A DNA stretch of 64,000 nucleotides from Clostridia bacterium (GTDB lineage Bacteria > Bacillota > Clostridia > Christensenellales > UBA1242): assembly GCA_017619495.1 (NCBI GenBank), contig JAFZSF010000013.1:10228-74227 (forward strand). The letters run 5' to 3'. The first letter of the stretch is position 1. Every line of letters begins with the position of its first letter. Under the pieces are notes generated by a model that worked only from the letters and a program-made list of their open reading frames with translations, had not been told where the DNA came from and searched no databases. The translations under genes were made by a program, and so were the position numbers. This document shows, one piece after another, positions 63,973 through 64,000 of this stretch.

Positions 63973-64000
63973 CTATTTGTTATAATTTGTCGAAAATAAA

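Overview
This is a 64-kb, densely coded chromosomal window from a moderately AT-rich, Bacillota-like bacterium. The lineage call rests on gene content (DegV, an LtaS-like gene, a WhiA-like HTH, DUF1540, Listeria-Bacteroides repeats, single-chain GlyRS). The standard genetic code applies, and many proteins look shortened. I call about 69 CDS and 4 tRNAs; rpmH and a murB fragment were found by hand. Replication and segregation genes are scattered rather than in the canonical block. parB-parA-dnaX-ybaB-gltX-tsaC-murB lie on the minus strand at 0-5.7 kb, recF at 6.6-7.6 kb, and dnaN at 22-23 kb between two unknown ORFs. A monocistronic dnaA at 41.3-42.6 kb diverges from rpmH-rnpA-yidC-jag at 44.1-46.5 kb. 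The window also holds aaRS genes (gltX, glyQS, serS), r-proteins (rplK, rplA, rplI, rpmH), lower glycolysis (pyk; pgk-tpiA-gpmI) and an envelope glycoconjugate cluster at 47.4-58.4 kb. Several AT-rich orphan genes are present: a BNR propeller plus an unknown ORF, a radical SAM gene, and a 436-aa gene in the dnaA-rpmH gap. I saw no transposase, integrase, CRISPR array, cas gene or recognisable defence system, so I cannot point to a clear multi-gene novel system. The observations most worth follow-up are: (1) three 29-nt direct repeats with a parS-like near-palindrome upstream of parB; (2) -10 boxes 5-9 nt from the ATG, with no Shine-Dalgarno, at most operon heads (leaderless mRNAs); (3) housekeeping proteins with substituted catalytic residues or missing domains (TIM H95D, pyruvate kinase without C-domain, split DnaX, GlmU-like with degenerate N-domain, HTH-only WhiA, degenerate LytM); (4) rearranged origin-region synteny. 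All functional calls come from motifs read in the supplied translations and from recollection of protein families. No database search was run.
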